64,000 nt of DNA from assembly GCA_051362555.1 (NCBI GenBank), contig CM120647.1, positions 3,162,001 through 3,226,000 of the forward strand, in the 5' to 3' direction. Made by a program: the position numbers and the translations under genes. The DNA is from Lingula anatina (Eukaryota > Animalia > Brachiopoda). Positions 1 to 13,196 of the stretch are shown here, piece after piece (the first letter of the stretch is position 1; every line of letters begins with the position of its first letter). Below the pieces are notes generated by a model. It did not search any database and was not told the DNA's origin. It saw nothing but the letters and a program-made list of their open reading frames with translations.

Positions 1-412
1 GGGGCTTCCAAGCAGACTGCTAGGGGGACTGCCAAGCAGACTGCTAGGGGGGCTGCCAAGCAGACTGCTACGGGGACTGCCAAAGCAGACTGCTAGGGGG
101 ACTGCCCAGGCAGTCCCTCTGGCAGCGCGTTCCAAAAATGCAAATTAAGACTGCCAGGGAGACTGCCAAACAGACTGCTAGGGGGCTGCCAAAGCAGACT
201 GCTAGGGGGACTGCCCAGGCAGTCCCCCTGGCAGCGCGTTCCAAAAATGCAAATTAAGACTGCCAAGGGGACTCCCTCCATACTTAAGGATACCTGCAAA
301 GGAGGCTGCTATGGGAGCGGGGACTGCTAGGGAGACTGCAAAGCAGGCTCCATGGGGGGACTGTAAAGGAGACTGCAAGCAGACTGCAAAGGGGACTACT
401 TTTCTAGCTGGG
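1..412. mobile_element. Right end of a non-autonomous DNA transposon with GC-rich subterminal tandem repeats (EnSpm/CACTA-like, CCCAG terminus)
   Basis: Repeated ~23-bp GGGGACTGCCAAGCAGACTGCTA units plus a ~110-bp duplication, ending abruptly at ...TTTCTAGCTGGG (rc CCCAGCTAGAAA). Superfamily assignment is inferred from the terminus and subterminal repeats; the other end is outside the window. Confidence 0.45.
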
Positions 413-429
413 GGAATGTGACTGTGAAT

Positions 430-463
<34 letters not shown>
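430..463. repeat. (CA)n microsatellite
   Basis: Perfect CA run. Confidence 0.95.
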
Positions 464-465
<2 letters not shown>

Positions 466-575
466 TCCTTATGTTTTGCCAACACAGTTTGTGCTTTTTG
501 CAAGTTTAAAATGATACTTGGCAAATTTGTTAACTCTAAGCAATGGTTAATATTTTGATGCAGTTTCATACATGA

Positions 576-818
576 AACAAGAAAAGCACTGAGAGTGCAG
601 ATCTCCGCCAAGGCAGTGATTTTTTTATTATTATTGATTATTGATTGATTATTGATCTGGATCACCACCAAAAACTAATCATCTCTTCCTTGGCCCACAT
701 CTGACAGTTCCTGAAAATCTCATCAAAATCGGTCCATAACATTTTGAGTTATGTTGATGACAAACAAACAAACATACAGACAAACGGGTGAAAACATAAC
801 CTCCTTGGCGGAGGTAAT
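576..818 (+). mobile_element. Helentron/HINE-like non-autonomous element (family A)
   Basis: Starts AACAAGAAAAGCACT, contains CTCCGCCAAGG, GGATCACCACCAAAAACTAATCA and a (ACAA/ACAG)n tract, and ends in hairpin ACCTCC-TTGGC-GGAGGT. Homologous copies at 7551-8105, 33173-33431 and 52459-52853. Confidence 0.65.
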
Positions 819-3800
819 ACACTGACTGCTTATTGAAGGTTATTTATTATTGCATATTAGTAAGTAATACTGTGCCATATATTTCAGCTCCCAAGGACTG
901 CTGCCAATCAAGGTGGAGGAGGATGTTAAATCTTTTCACGTCTTGCTTCAAATGCAGGCCAAGAACATAAATGGTTATAATTATTATCATTCATTATTAA
1001 ATCTAATCATTTCGGACATTTAGAAATGAAAAAATTACAGTATTTATAAAAAAAACGGATTCATTATACAGTCACAAGAAAGTTCTTTTCTTGTTTCCTT
1101 GCTTTAATGACATCATAACAAAGTTAACTTAAAGAGTTTTAGAGGAAAACTTAGTCAAACAGCTGGTAAAACTGTACATGAAAGCAGTAATTATATGATA
1201 GCAGCCAGGAGCTGGTGGTTGTAGAGTTACTGTCAACATCTTTTTACACTACATTTAACTGAATACACATTTTAACTGAATTATATTTTAATATTTTCAT
1301 CTTTCATTTTTCAGGGTTGTCAGTGCACATCTATTATTAGCTCTGTGGCAGCCAGTTTGAACACTTCAGAATATCGTTTTCTTAAAACACCTTTATTTTA
1401 CTGGTACAATAAACTATTGATTAAATGTTATTAAATGGGTTTTGTCTTTCTTTCTTTTCTAAATAAAAGAGAAAAATTTGTTAACAGGTGATTTGAATAT
1501 TTATAAGTAGCCAGCAATGTTGAAGGGTGGGATGCTTAAGGGGGGGTTGTCGTTATCCGATAAAGTGGATTTTCTTTATTCGTTTAGTTGATCCAACTTG
1601 GGATACGTCACAGTAATGGTACCATGATAGGTTTTGGACCCTTTCCAGCAAAAGGGCAATTTTTTCAAACCAACATCCTCGAATATGGGCCTTAACAAAT
1701 AATTTGGCCTGTACACCATAAATGGATTTTGATTATAGTTCAAAAACTTCGACTTTCATCCAAACTTTTTTTTTCATTTATAACTATATCCATATGTGAC
1801 TTTCAAATAATGTTTTTATTTTTATGAACTGTCCCTTAAAGTAGAAAATTTCCTTCATGGGGTTTTAATTTAAAACCTCTACATCACTCAACTAAAAAAG
1901 AAATGACCACTTTATGTCATTCTCTGCTTTTACTGAAACAAAAACAAACCCAACTCTTGGTTACTGTCATGGCAGGAAGTTTTATTACAAAAAGTGTGCC
2001 AGATGTTAACAGCACTGAAGACAGAGCCCTGACAGAAATATCTGTACATTATTATGTACTCCTTTAATGCACTCATGAAACATGCACATACAAATACTAG
2101 CTAATACATACCTTAACTTGTAAAGATAATGCTGCAGTAAATTAGGGACCACAGTTGTAGATGTCTAAGTTTAAACACACTGGACAATTTGGAGAAGAAT
2201 AAATACATGCCAGGCTCATACAATGTAAACTGGCTAGTACAAGTGTAATCGTTCAAAAATGTAACTAAATCAATGTCATGCTTGCTTTATACATAAAAGA
2301 AAATAACTTTATAAAAGAAGATTCAAAGAGAAACAAATATTTAGAAAAACGGATTAACTAATAAATGCACATATCAATTCCATTTTCAACTGTTATCATT
2401 TTGAACACAAATCTGTCACTCAAAAGACAACACCTCACACTGACTGTTATCAGTAACAGGTAAACAATTCACAGAAAACCATCAGAGAAAAAGATGGGCG
2501 AAAAAAAAAACTAAGGACACCCAGGAGTCCCTCCTTCCACAAGGCAGAGATTTAAGATTGTACAACTTTTAACACAGCCCAATACACAAGTTGTGCAACA
2601 GTTAAGGAAAGAGAAATTATTTCCAAAGTCTGATGATAAACACTGAAATTTTAAAAAAATAGGGCTGTAATTGGGACATTATTGTTTCATACGGAATTTA
2701 CTAACAGCAGAGTAATAGACTGTAGAGACAGGCATACCTGGAAGAAAAGATGTCCCACACAAGCCCATCATTATATACCTTACTAGTCATATTGTTTATT
2801 GTGTTGCAAGGAACCAGTCTGAAAAAGAAATGATAATACCGATATAATAAATGAAAATTAATTTTCAGATAATCTGACAGCTGGAGGTGTTTGGTAAGGG
2901 AACTGTCCTAGGAGGCAAGGTCACCCATCATGGTGTCAACCTTGCAATACACAATAATTTGGGTGTCCCTTCTCTGAGGGCAGAGGTGCTGCTGCCCACA
3001 GCTTTCACTTAGAGTGAAAATCTGTAAAGCCACAAATAGTATAATTTTTTTTTAATATCAAAATGAGAAAATGATGATATAAGATTAAAATAACTTGCTT
3101 TTAAACTCAAAAAGAAAATGAAAGTTCCACATGTTTAGGTATTTTTATACCTTTATCAATTCCTCACAGGGTACAGCTCTCCAGCCAGATATTCTCCTGC
3201 CCAAAAACTCCACCTCTGAGTGGAACTTTAGTTAAAGACATGGAAACATGGTAGATTTTATTCCATCTTAAAAGATAGATGGGTAATCAAGGGTTTCTTT
3301 ACATTCCATGTTTTATTTTGAACAACCACGGCCACTGTAAGAGTAATCTTGACAAATAACTTTTTAAAGGCTAAAGTGGTGGACAGAGGAACTGCCCTCA
3401 GGGGAAGGGACACCCGGCATGGTGTCAATTTGCCAAGACACACCAACTTTTTAAAAGATTCACATGCTTTTGTTCAATCTATATCACCCTAACATGCATG
3501 TAGCAGGTATGATATTAATGCATGCAAGTGTTCAGTTCCTAACCAATCTGTATTAAATTTGACAACAGCTTTTATCTCTTAAAGCCCTCAAATGATAAAA
3601 TTGATAATTAAAAGTTAACAATTAGGTTTGACAACAAGATAAAAGGTCAGAAAGAGCTGAAGAATAAAGTGACTGGAAGGGGTCAGGAACATCATGCACC
3701 TTACTCTTTGACATGAAGACTTCATATGCTGTTTCTCCATTTCAGAAAAACCAGGCAAAGTTATATAACTTATAACCTACTGTATAGGTTTCACAGCACA

Positions 3801-4329
3801 TTGCAAGAGGCTGAAAAGTTTCCACCAATGAGAGGTTAACAAGCAGTAAAAATAAATGAAAAATAAATAAATAAATAAGAAAAAACTGGGAAGGCACATC
3901 AAAGATCATGGAGCCAGACATGATAGCACTGGAACTGCTGAGAAACACCAAAGTAAAAAGTTTTTATGAAAAAAACTTTCCAGTGCAATATGTATAAAGA
4001 AAAATAAATGACACAAATCACATTAAAAAATTTATAAGACATTAAATCCAAACATGAAGAATCAAGTGTAAAAATAATTTCACTTAATTAAAATGCACTT
4101 TTGAAGACCACAAGCTAATTAATGGTGATGCTTGCTATATAGAGCTATAAGCCTTATAAATGAAATGGGCAAAGTAAATAGAATTTGAGTATCTTAAATA
4201 GAGAAGTATAATTTTTAAAGAGGCAAAATAGGTAGACAAGTTTTAAAATTCCTGATACTCGCATTTAAATTTAATGAGCAATTTCCGTTAATTGTTATGT
4301 AAATTCAATAAAAATGCATGTTTGAGAGG

Positions 4330-4632
4330 ATCCCCTCTCAAAAACAAGCTGAACATGGTATATATAGATATAAACAAAGGTCACCAACATCTCAAACAAC
4401 TCTGTTAACCTCTTAGATGTGACCTTTAACCTAAAAGACAGATATTTTGGACCATACAAAAAACCTAATACAGTAAAACTGTATATATTCACTGCAAATC
4501 TAACCACTCAGAAAGTGTCATCAATGCTATATTGAACTCAATAAATGAGGCTATCCACAATTTCCAGCAATGAAAACATGTTCAAAACCTCAAAGAGTGA
4601 GTACTAAGATATGCTTAGTAACATGGATATTG
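4330..4632 (+). pseudogene. Penelope-like element reverse transcriptase C-terminal (thumb) fragment, frameshifted
   Basis: Manual translation NSVNLLDVTFNLKDRYFGPYKKPNTVKLYI/HCKSNHSESVINAILNSIN/RLSTISSNENMFKTSKSEY*DMLSN matches the PLE pattern VNFLDVTxxL..Y.PYRKPN..LYI...SNHP..I....RLS.LSS.E..F. Confidence 0.75.
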
Positions 4633-4720
4633 AAAAACTAGCAAGTAATTCAGTTTCATGGGCTATAAAACACACTGAAAATGCTAATGTGTGAGAGATA
4701 AAATATTCAAACAAAAATGA

Positions 4721-4980
4721 AACAGAATAATTACCGTAAATGTAAACCAATCAGGCCGCTTTTCGAAAGCAACCTGCCTCTTTACCAAACAAATCCACTC
4801 AGTAAATTTAATATAAAACAAAAATAAGGTTTGGCAGTTACGGGGTGAACATCACCATAAGTAGTGCAAAAAAACAGGAATAATTACTGTAAATGTAAAT
4901 AGATTGTGCCAATTTTCAAAAGTAACCTGCTTCTTTGCCAAACAAAGCCAATTAGTAAACTTAAAGTAAAACAAATAATA
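4721..4980. repeat. Diverged direct duplication of ~110 bp
   Basis: AAACAGAATAATTACCGTAAATGTAAA...GCAACCTGCCTCTTTACCAAACAAA at ~4721 is repeated at ~4872. Confidence 0.8.
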
Positions 4981-5116
4981 CGGAAAAAGCTAATGTCCCT
5001 ACAGTACATAGGGAGGTAAGAAAATTTGATTCATGAAACTCATATTATTATTTGACTGTCTTGAAAATTGCTGTATCCATCATTTTGTTTGTCTGTTACA
5101 TGTGAAGTTCAGTAGT

Positions 5117-6287
5117 CCTGTGTCTCCTAGTACAGTGTAGTAGTCTTGAGTCGTTGTGTTCCATTGTGGCAGTATAGTCCTGTGTATCCTAGTACGGTGT
5201 GGAAGTCTGGGGTCATTGTGTTCCATTGTGGCAGCATAGTCCTGTGCCTGCTAGGACAGTGTAGTAGTCTGGAATCATTGTGTTCCATTGTGGCAGTATA
5301 GTCCTGTGCCTGCTAGTACAGTGTATTTGTCTGGAGTCATTGTGTTCCATTGTGGCAGTATAGTCCTGTGCCTGCTAGGACAGTGTAGTAGTCTGGAGTC
5401 ATTGTGTTCCATTGTGGTAGTATAGTCCTGTGCCTGCTAGTTCAGTGTAGTAGTCTGGAGTCATTGTGTTCCATTGTGGTAGTATAGTCCTGTGCCTGCT
5501 AAGACAGTGTAATAGTCTGGAGTCATTGTGTTCCATTGTGGTAGTATAGTCCTGTGCCTGCTAGGACAGTGTAGTAGTCTGGAGTCATTGTGTTCCATTG
5601 TGGCAGTATAGTCATGTGCCTGCTAGGACAGTGTAATAGTCTGGAGTCATTGTGTTCCATTGTGGTAGTATAGTCCTGTGCCTGCTAGTTCAGTGTAGTA
5701 GTCTGGAGTCATTGTGTTCCATTGTGGTAGTATAGTCCTGTGCCTGCTAGTTCAGTGTAGTAGCCTGGAGTCATTGTGTTCCATTGTGGTAGTATAGTCC
5801 TGTGCCTGCTAGGACAGTGTAGTAGTCTGGAGTCATTGTGTTCCATTGTGGCAGTATAGTCCTGTGCCTGCTAGGACAGTGTAGTTGTCTGGAGTCATTG
5901 TGTTCCATTGTGGCAGTATAGTCATGTGCCTGCTAGGACAGTGTAATAGTCTGGAGTCATTGTGTTCCATTGTGGTAGTATAGTCCTGTGCCTGCTAGGA
6001 CAGTGTAATAGTCTGGAGTCATTGTGTTCCATTGTGGCAGTATAGTCCTGTGCCTGCTAGGACAGTGTAGTAGTCTGGAGTCATTGTGTTCCATTGTGGC
6101 AGTATAGTCCTGTGCCTGCTAGGACAGTGTAGTAGTCTGGAGTCATTGTGTTCCATTGTGGCAGTATAGTCCTGTGCCTGCTAGTACAGTGTAGTAGTCT
6201 GGAGTCATTGTGTTCCATTGTGGTAGTATAGTCCTGTGCCTCCTAGTACAGTGTAGTAGTCTGTAGTCATTGTGTACCATTGTGGCA
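5117..6287. repeat. 62-bp minisatellite, ~19 copies
   Basis: Unit CCTGTGCCTGCTAGGACAGTGTAGTAGTCTGGAGTCATTGTGTTCCATTGTGGCAGTATAGT (starts at 5241 and 5303, etc.). Confidence 0.95.
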
Positions 6288-6508
6288 GATGATGATGGAC
6301 AGATGATGGACTGGAAAAGACAAAAAAGTCAGTGATCAGGCTTTTTCCTCAAGATCCAAAATATTAGAATAATGAAATCTCAGTAAATTCATTACATCAA
6401 ATAAACTGCCAAGAAATATTTTAAAAAATAAAGTGTTGTTGTAAGTCAAGGCTGAAGCACATACTATACCAGTACTGATAATAAAGTGGTGTGCTTATAG
6501 TAGTTTCT

Positions 6509-6830
6509 GGGAATCATTGACGAAATAAAATTTAAAAGGTTCACCGCATGGAAAACCATACACCGGGGAAACATAGGCCAATCATCACCAAGTGTGGGTC
6601 ATTTAAGGACAAGGAAATGGTGGGGAAAGCTGCCTCATGAACGCCGAAGGGAAAACGATTCGGAGTCATTGAGCAATTTCCTAAGGAAATTAACAAACAA
6701 AGAAAGATGCTGATTCCGCACCTAAAGGAAGCTAAGACACACGATAAGAATGCTGTCTTGAAGGTTGACAAACTTAACATTGACAATCGACCATTTGACC
6801 CGAACGCTGGACGTGTTAGTGGATTGGGAA
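6509..6830 (+). pseudogene. LINE ORF1 fragment (L1-type RRM/CTD, Transposase_22-like)
   Basis: Translation from 6539: VHRMENHTPGKHRPIITKCGSFKDKEMVGKAAS*TPKGKRFGVIEQFPKEINKQRKMLIPHLKEAKTHDKNAVLKVDKLNIDN, the typical HR...RPII.KF..YKDKE...EQFP.EI...RK.L...DKL.ID pattern; one internal stop. Confidence 0.75.
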
Positions 6831-7550
6831 GCCCAAGACCAAGGGGCTCCGGGCACGCGCATAGACACAGATTATGAGATAGGAGGACCATTGGGGGGGG
6901 GGGGGGGGGCATCAGAACAAATTAATGCAGTGAGTGACACTTGTCTGAAAATGGGACCAGTGTACAACGTACGAGTAAAGACAATACAGTTAACAACTTT
7001 GGTAATTATTTACTACACTTTTGTAAGACTGGGTTCCCAAAGATTTAGATCACTCCATCTTGATCGACCAAACTCCCTGAGGGTTCACTCTAAATTGCTG
7101 TCAGCTTCTGGCAGCCGAGCGCGCACAAAAGTTAATTACCGCCTTGCAGAAAAGGAAAATTGATTCAATTTTTGATAAGACTGCTGAAGTATTGTTGAGT
7201 TCAGCTAAGAAAATATTTGGATCTTATAGATATAACAACAATAAAACTAAATTTCCCCAAAAAAAAGAATAAAGAGTGGTTTGGCAATGAGTGCTGTATC
7301 ATACGTAAGGAGTACTGTAAATGCCATTGTAAATATAAGAAATATGGATCCACTATATTTAAACAAGGGGTTCTTGATGCCCAGAAACATTATAAAACTG
7401 TAATGAATAAATCTTTTACTAACTATAGATACCAATTACAAAATAAAACTAAGAATATGAGAAGTAGAAAATCCAAAAGAATATTGGAAAATGTTTAATG
7501 TAAAAGAAAAAAGTCTTGTAGTGATGGTGCGGTAGATCTAGAAGTAGATA

Positions 7551-8105
7551 ATTTTTACCTCTGCCAAGGACGTTATGTTTTCACCCCTGTTTGTTTGTCT
7601 GTCTGTCCAGGCCCGTAGCCAGGGGGGTTCGGGGGATTCGAAAGAACCGCCCCTTTTGCTGGGAAACTCTGGGTAAGATTTGATCTAGGTACATGACGTT
7701 TTATGGGAAAAGGTCCACTTTTTCAGAAAAAGAACCCCCCTTTTGAAATTGCTGGCTACGGGCCCGCTGTCTGTCTGTCTGTTTGTCATCAACATAGCTC
7801 AAAAAATTGTGGATGAATTTTGATGGAATTTTCAGGGTAGGTCAGAAATGGGTTAACTTAGAAGTGATTAGTTTTTGGTGGTGATCTGGATCAATAATCA
7901 ATCAATAATAAAAAAACTAAGTTATGGACCGATTTTGATGAAATTTTCTGGAACTGTCAGAAGTGGGCCAAGGAACAGATGATTAGTTTTTGGTGGTGAG
8001 CCGGATCAATAATCAATAATCAAAAATATCGAAAATTTAGGGGTGAAATGGCATTGGATGGAGACTTTGCTGCCTTGACGGAGGTCTCTGAGTTCTTTTC
8101 TAGTT
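7551..8105 (-). mobile_element. HINE-like family A copy inserted in the LINE
   Basis: Reverse complement of the 576-818 element with an internal duplication; ends TTTTCTAGT. Confidence 0.7.
7608..7766. mobile_element. hAT-like MITE, 5-bp TSD CTGTC
   Basis: TIR CAGGCCCGTAGCCAG / CTGGCTACGGGCCCG flanked by CTGTC on both sides (within a microsatellite). Confidence 0.75.
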
Positions 8106-8300
8106 ATGAAGGTTAATGCTAATACTAATTATGAAACAGAGGCTGACCAGATCTTTGATTATAGTTCAATGAACCTATATCGCTCGATGAAGTTGTAAAT
8201 ACTGTGAAATTACTCAGAAATAATAAGTCACCCGGGCCAGACACTTGCTAAATGAATACATAAAATCATCTATACATATTATGGCACCATTATATTTAAT

Positions 8301-8469
8301 CAGGAGTGGATTCAGGCTGTCTTCTGGGTCTTCCAGAAGACGGTCAGATTTTCAAGTTTTTATTGATAGGTATCTAATTTTTTTTTGTTGGAAGACGGTC
8401 AAAAATGGAGGATGGATCAACAAAGTTAATTTGGAAGACTGTCAGAAAACATCTCTGGATCCACCCCTG
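8301..8469. mobile_element. hAT-like MITE, 5-bp TSD TTAAT
   Basis: TIR CAGGAGTGGATTCAG / CTGGATCCACCCCTG; near-identical copy at 58462-58620; interrupts the LINE RT frame. Confidence 0.85.
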
Positions 8470-11400
8470 TTAATGTAGTATTTGATTCTGGAATTGTACC
8501 AGATGCATGGCTTAATGGACCCAATAAGCCAATATATAAAAATAAAGGATTAGCTCATGAACCATAAAACTACAGGCCTATTTCCTTGTTAAGTAGTTTA
8601 GCCAAGGTGTTCACATCGATTCTGAGCAAAAGGCTAACTACTTACTCAGATAGCACAGATATATTAAAGGAGAATCAAAGTGGATTTACAGCTAATTATT
8701 CAACAGCTGATAATATCTTTACTTTGTACTCTTTGATTGAATTATCATTCTTAAAAAAGAATAAGTTATATTGTGCTTTTGTAGATTTTAAACCCGCCTT
8801 CAATAAGATATGGAAAATTGGATTATGGAGAAAATTATTTAGTTACCAAATAAGTGGGAAATGCCTAAGGGTTATTATGTCTATTATGAATATGTACAAT
8901 AAATGCAAATCAAACATTACTTATAACGGACGTTTCTCAGAATATTTCCCTTGTCAAAATGGAGTTAGACAAGGGGCAAATTTATCTCCCTTGCTCTTTG
9001 CTCTCTATCTTAATGATTTAGAGGATTTTCTATCCAACCAAAATGTTGTTGGTTTACAGACCATAACTGATGAGCTTGAAAGTGGGCTTGATGTGTATAT
9101 CAAAATTATGGTGATACTTTACACAGATGATACATTACTGGTGTCAGAGACCAAAGATGATCTTCAATATCAACTTGATTGCTTTTTTGAATACTTTTCA
9201 AATTGGAAATTGCAGGTAAACACTTACAAGAATAAAATACTAATATTTGGAAAAGGGAAACAACCTAAAGAATTGTCACTTAAATATAATAATTATGACA
9301 TTGAAAATTATGGTGATACTTTACACAGATGATACATTACTGGTGTCAGAGACCAAAGATGATCTTCAATATCAACTTGATTGCTTTTTTGAATACTTTT
9401 CAAATTGGAAATTGCAGGTAAACACTTACAAGAATAAAATACTAATATTTGGAAAAGGGAGACAACCTAAAGAATTGTCATTTAAATATAATAATTATGA
9501 CATTGAAATTGTCAGAAGCTTTGAATATTTGGGCTTTTTTATATCTAGAACTGGATCATTTTATTCTACGCGAAAAAATGTAGTACAATGTACAGAGGGT
9601 GACCAGAATTATGTTTGACATTTATAAAAAAGCTAGACAACTAAAATTATCAATTAAATGCCAACTAGACCTCTTTGATAAGATGATAGTATCACTGTAG
9701 TTATATGGAGCTGAGATATTGGGATATGAAAACTTACATTTAATAGAAAAAGTGCATTTTAAATTTCGTAAGGCCACATTTTTTTTTTTTTTATGAATGA
9801 CATCCTCTGGGGACCCCGAAATCGGTGCGAGAGGGCGAAAAAAAAACAAAAAATTAATGGATTAAACTTCTAAATGGCAAGAATACAAATTTGTCCCGAT
9901 GGTTTATAGATTATTGTATGCACTAAATACAAATCATAATACTTCGAAGTTTAAATGGCTGGTGTGTTGTCACAGCCATAAGAATTTTCGTGCTACATTG
10001 CATTGTGATGTGACAAGTGAACAACTAACACAGTCGATACCATATGTGTTCTTCACTTCATGTCTTATCCTGAACTCACCGATAAAGTTTGCCAACAGAA
10101 TATATAACAAAACCATCTAAGAAAAGTGCCCTGATGGAAGATGACACTCAGTGTACAGAACGTTTGATGAAAATTCCGACTTTTCTCAGCGTCACCACTT
10201 GCAAGCGCCATATATAAACATTGTTTAGTGTAGATGGCGCTGTGCAAGAGGTGAGACTTTGTATTTGTAATGGACTGCGACCAAGATACTTGTGCAAGGC
10301 GGGAGGGGGGTTTGGCATCGCAACAGATATGACCAGGGTCCAGCCACTGTGATATATAAAAAATTATTGTGATACTCCGGAGAAATTATAAGAAAGATTA
10401 TCGTATCAGCGCCCTCTATCATTTATCGCTGTCTTCACTAGCACAATATGATGAAATTCATGGACACCGTCACAATCATGTTGAGACAGACTCTGAAGAC
10501 AAATACTGTAGCATTAACCCTGTTGTAACTCAACTTCCTCGATTCTCCCGGACCATTACGTACCTGTCGACATTGACAATTGCCAGAGAGGAAGATTCCC
10601 GGGCAAGACCCACGCCCTCCACCCCGACGCACACCCACACACACAAAACTATTTTTTATGCTTTGGAAAGTAACGCCTCGGTTAGAATTGTGTAGGACCT
10701 AGTTAGCAGTTTGCTATAATAAAATACTCTGACTTTACAAAATGATATAGAAAAATCAAATAAGCAATTAAGAAATTTATTAAATTCCACTTAGAGTCAT
10801 TCAATATTTTAAGAATTTCATCGGCTAGGCCTATTTAACAACTTGGTCATAGCCTACTAACAGCCTATTTTTAATCAATAATTAAAACAAGTCAATTTTT
10901 GCGCTCCGATATTTCGGTCTCCGTTGTGTGGCTTGTTCAAAAATAGCAAACTTTGACTCCACGTAGATTCTGTCGGCACTTTATGTTCCATTTGTAACGT
11001 AGCGTTGACGCTTTGCCAGTTAATTTTTCAGTGCTGCGTTTTTAGTAATGGCGCTCTTTCTAAATAGACGTCATCTTTAAAGTTCATCTTTGTGAATTAC
11101 TATAGTAAAAACATACGGTAGTTATATAAGTAAAAAAGATCAATCTGTACAGTTTTTTAGAGACAAAAATTGTAAAAGTTTGTATAACCTGGTGTGTTAA
11201 AGTTAAAGGACATCAGTAAACACCCGAACGCTCTCAAAACTCAATTTCCCCGACTCTCCCAAACCTTTTATACCATCATCATACCCTCCCCCCATCATTT
11301 TTGTGCCGCTTCATTTCAACATATTCCTTTTAATCTAACTTTCTCTATTGAATGGTTCGTCGACATCTAATTTAAACTAAAATAGCATATTGTCATTTAC

Positions 11401-13196
11401 TGAATGGTTCGTCGACATCTAATTTAAACTAAAATAGCATACTGTCATTTCGAATGACTTAGGTCATTTCTTTATAAACCTTTCAGCCGTCTCACCGTCT
11501 TGCGTTATGTCTTCACTAACACAATTGGCTGATATTTGTGGAGTCCGTCACAATCATGGTTGAGACAGCATCAAAATCAACACTCCGCAGCCTCTGGCTA
11601 CCCTCTACCAGGGCCATAGCGTTTCTGGTTAAATAGATGGCTAATCTCTGTACTGTAAAAGCAAAAAATATCCACAGCATAATAACTGCGGAATATGGCT
11701 CATTTGAAATGTCTTCACAGTGACAGAGAACGTATTATGGGTTACATGTAGCAAGAAAGATTAAGAGGTTAAAACACGTGCGAAAGAGGTGGAGAAAAGT
11801 TAAAATAGGTTTAATTGAGACATTAATAAAATCGAAAAACAAATTAATTCAATTACAAGCTACTACTACTACATTTTGATGGACAATATTAAATTACACA
11901 CAAGCATCTAGAACTTAAGTCGGAAATCACCACTGGAGAGATTATCATTATCAGCGTTCTTATCATTATCAGCCAAGGCTACATTTTTCACAGACGCCGT
12001 ACGATGAAATCGAAATCAATTTTTCGTATATTTTGTACCGTAAAAGTGTCTATGGGCTAGCATGCTTACGTTCGGTACGGGCGACGTACTATTTCTCCAA
12101 CATGACCTTGAAGTTAAGTGACGGACGCCCCACGAGTAGGGGCATATGGGCAATACATGGACACCATACGGACATTGTATACGACAAATGAAACCTAGGA
12201 TCGGATATGTGGTAAATTTTTTTAATATATTTGGTCTGGAATTATGCGTACAATTTTTGAAATGTTTGCGGGCGCACCTGAGAGAAATTTCAGTGTGATA
12301 TTTTTTATAATTATCAAAAACTGTTTGTGCGCGCGCGTTTGTGTGTGTGTGTGGGAGGGAGGGGGTTGGTCCTCCTACATCCATCCCCGTTATCCCCCCC
12401 CCCCCCCTTTATAAGGATAATGAAACCAGATCCGCTCATTGCTCAATCGATTGGTTTCCTAGATTTAATTGTATTGTCATCACACCCACGTGCAGTGAGT
12501 TTTACTTATATACAGCCTATGCCAGTAATATATTGCCTTCTATACTACTACTCTTATACTACTACTCTCGCTACTGCTACATCATCTTGTAGGCCTACTA
12601 CTACATGCACTGGTACTACTACTTACACTGCCACAGGTATGCTGAGATGAGTTTCTAGAAGTCTCTAATTAGATGCTGTCGGGGACAACCTGAAAATATC
12701 TGTTCCCCGTGAGTTAGTACGACTGCTGTAACGAACTGATATTTTAGTATGTCTCCCTTCCTCTCTCCTACATCCATCCCCGTTATCCCCCCCCACCACC
12801 ACCACATTCCCCTTCAAACACTCCAATCATTGCAATACACGTACATGCTATCCCCCCCCCCCCTCCAGTCTCACTTTATGTCTTCACTAACACAATGGGG
12901 TGATGTCTGTGGAATCCGTCACAATCATGGTTGAGACGGCATCGGAATCGGCTGGAGTCTTATCTCGCTTGTATTGTTGAAAGGACAGTAGTAACCTCTA
13001 CCAGGGCCACACGGAGAATTCTTCATTCAAATGTCACAGATATTTTTCTGTCTAATGCTGCACCAGTTTTTATGTTGTCCAGCGAGAAACTTTGAAAACA
13101 AAAATAATGAAACGCCACCCTTTCCCCAGCCGACCCCTAGAGGAGAGTAGACTGCCCATTGGTCATGTTGGCTGCCTTCCCCACCTTCGGCTCCGT

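Larger units (their letters stand above)
7160..9780 (+). mobile_element. CR1-group LINE ORF2 (reverse transcriptase), degenerate and interrupted by three insertions and a 202-bp tandem duplication
   Basis: KSPGPD, NYRPISLLSSLAKVFTSIL, ENQSGF, AFVDFKPAFNKI, GVRQGANLSPLLFALYLNDL, LYTDDTLL and FEYLGFFI motifs (ORFs 8586-9332, 9247-9618). Endonuclease domain not seen. Confidence 0.9.

Noticed and set aside
2630-2648. TGATGA...CTGA as a C/D snoRNA
   Set aside because: Boxes only a few nt apart, far too short
5117-6287. CRISPR-like array or repetitive CDS
   Set aside because: No unique spacers; 62-bp unit is not a multiple of 3; eukaryotic context
9067-9082. CTGATGAGCTTGAAA as a minimal hammerhead
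   Set aside because: Only 4 nt between core boxes, no stem II, and it lies in RT coding sequence
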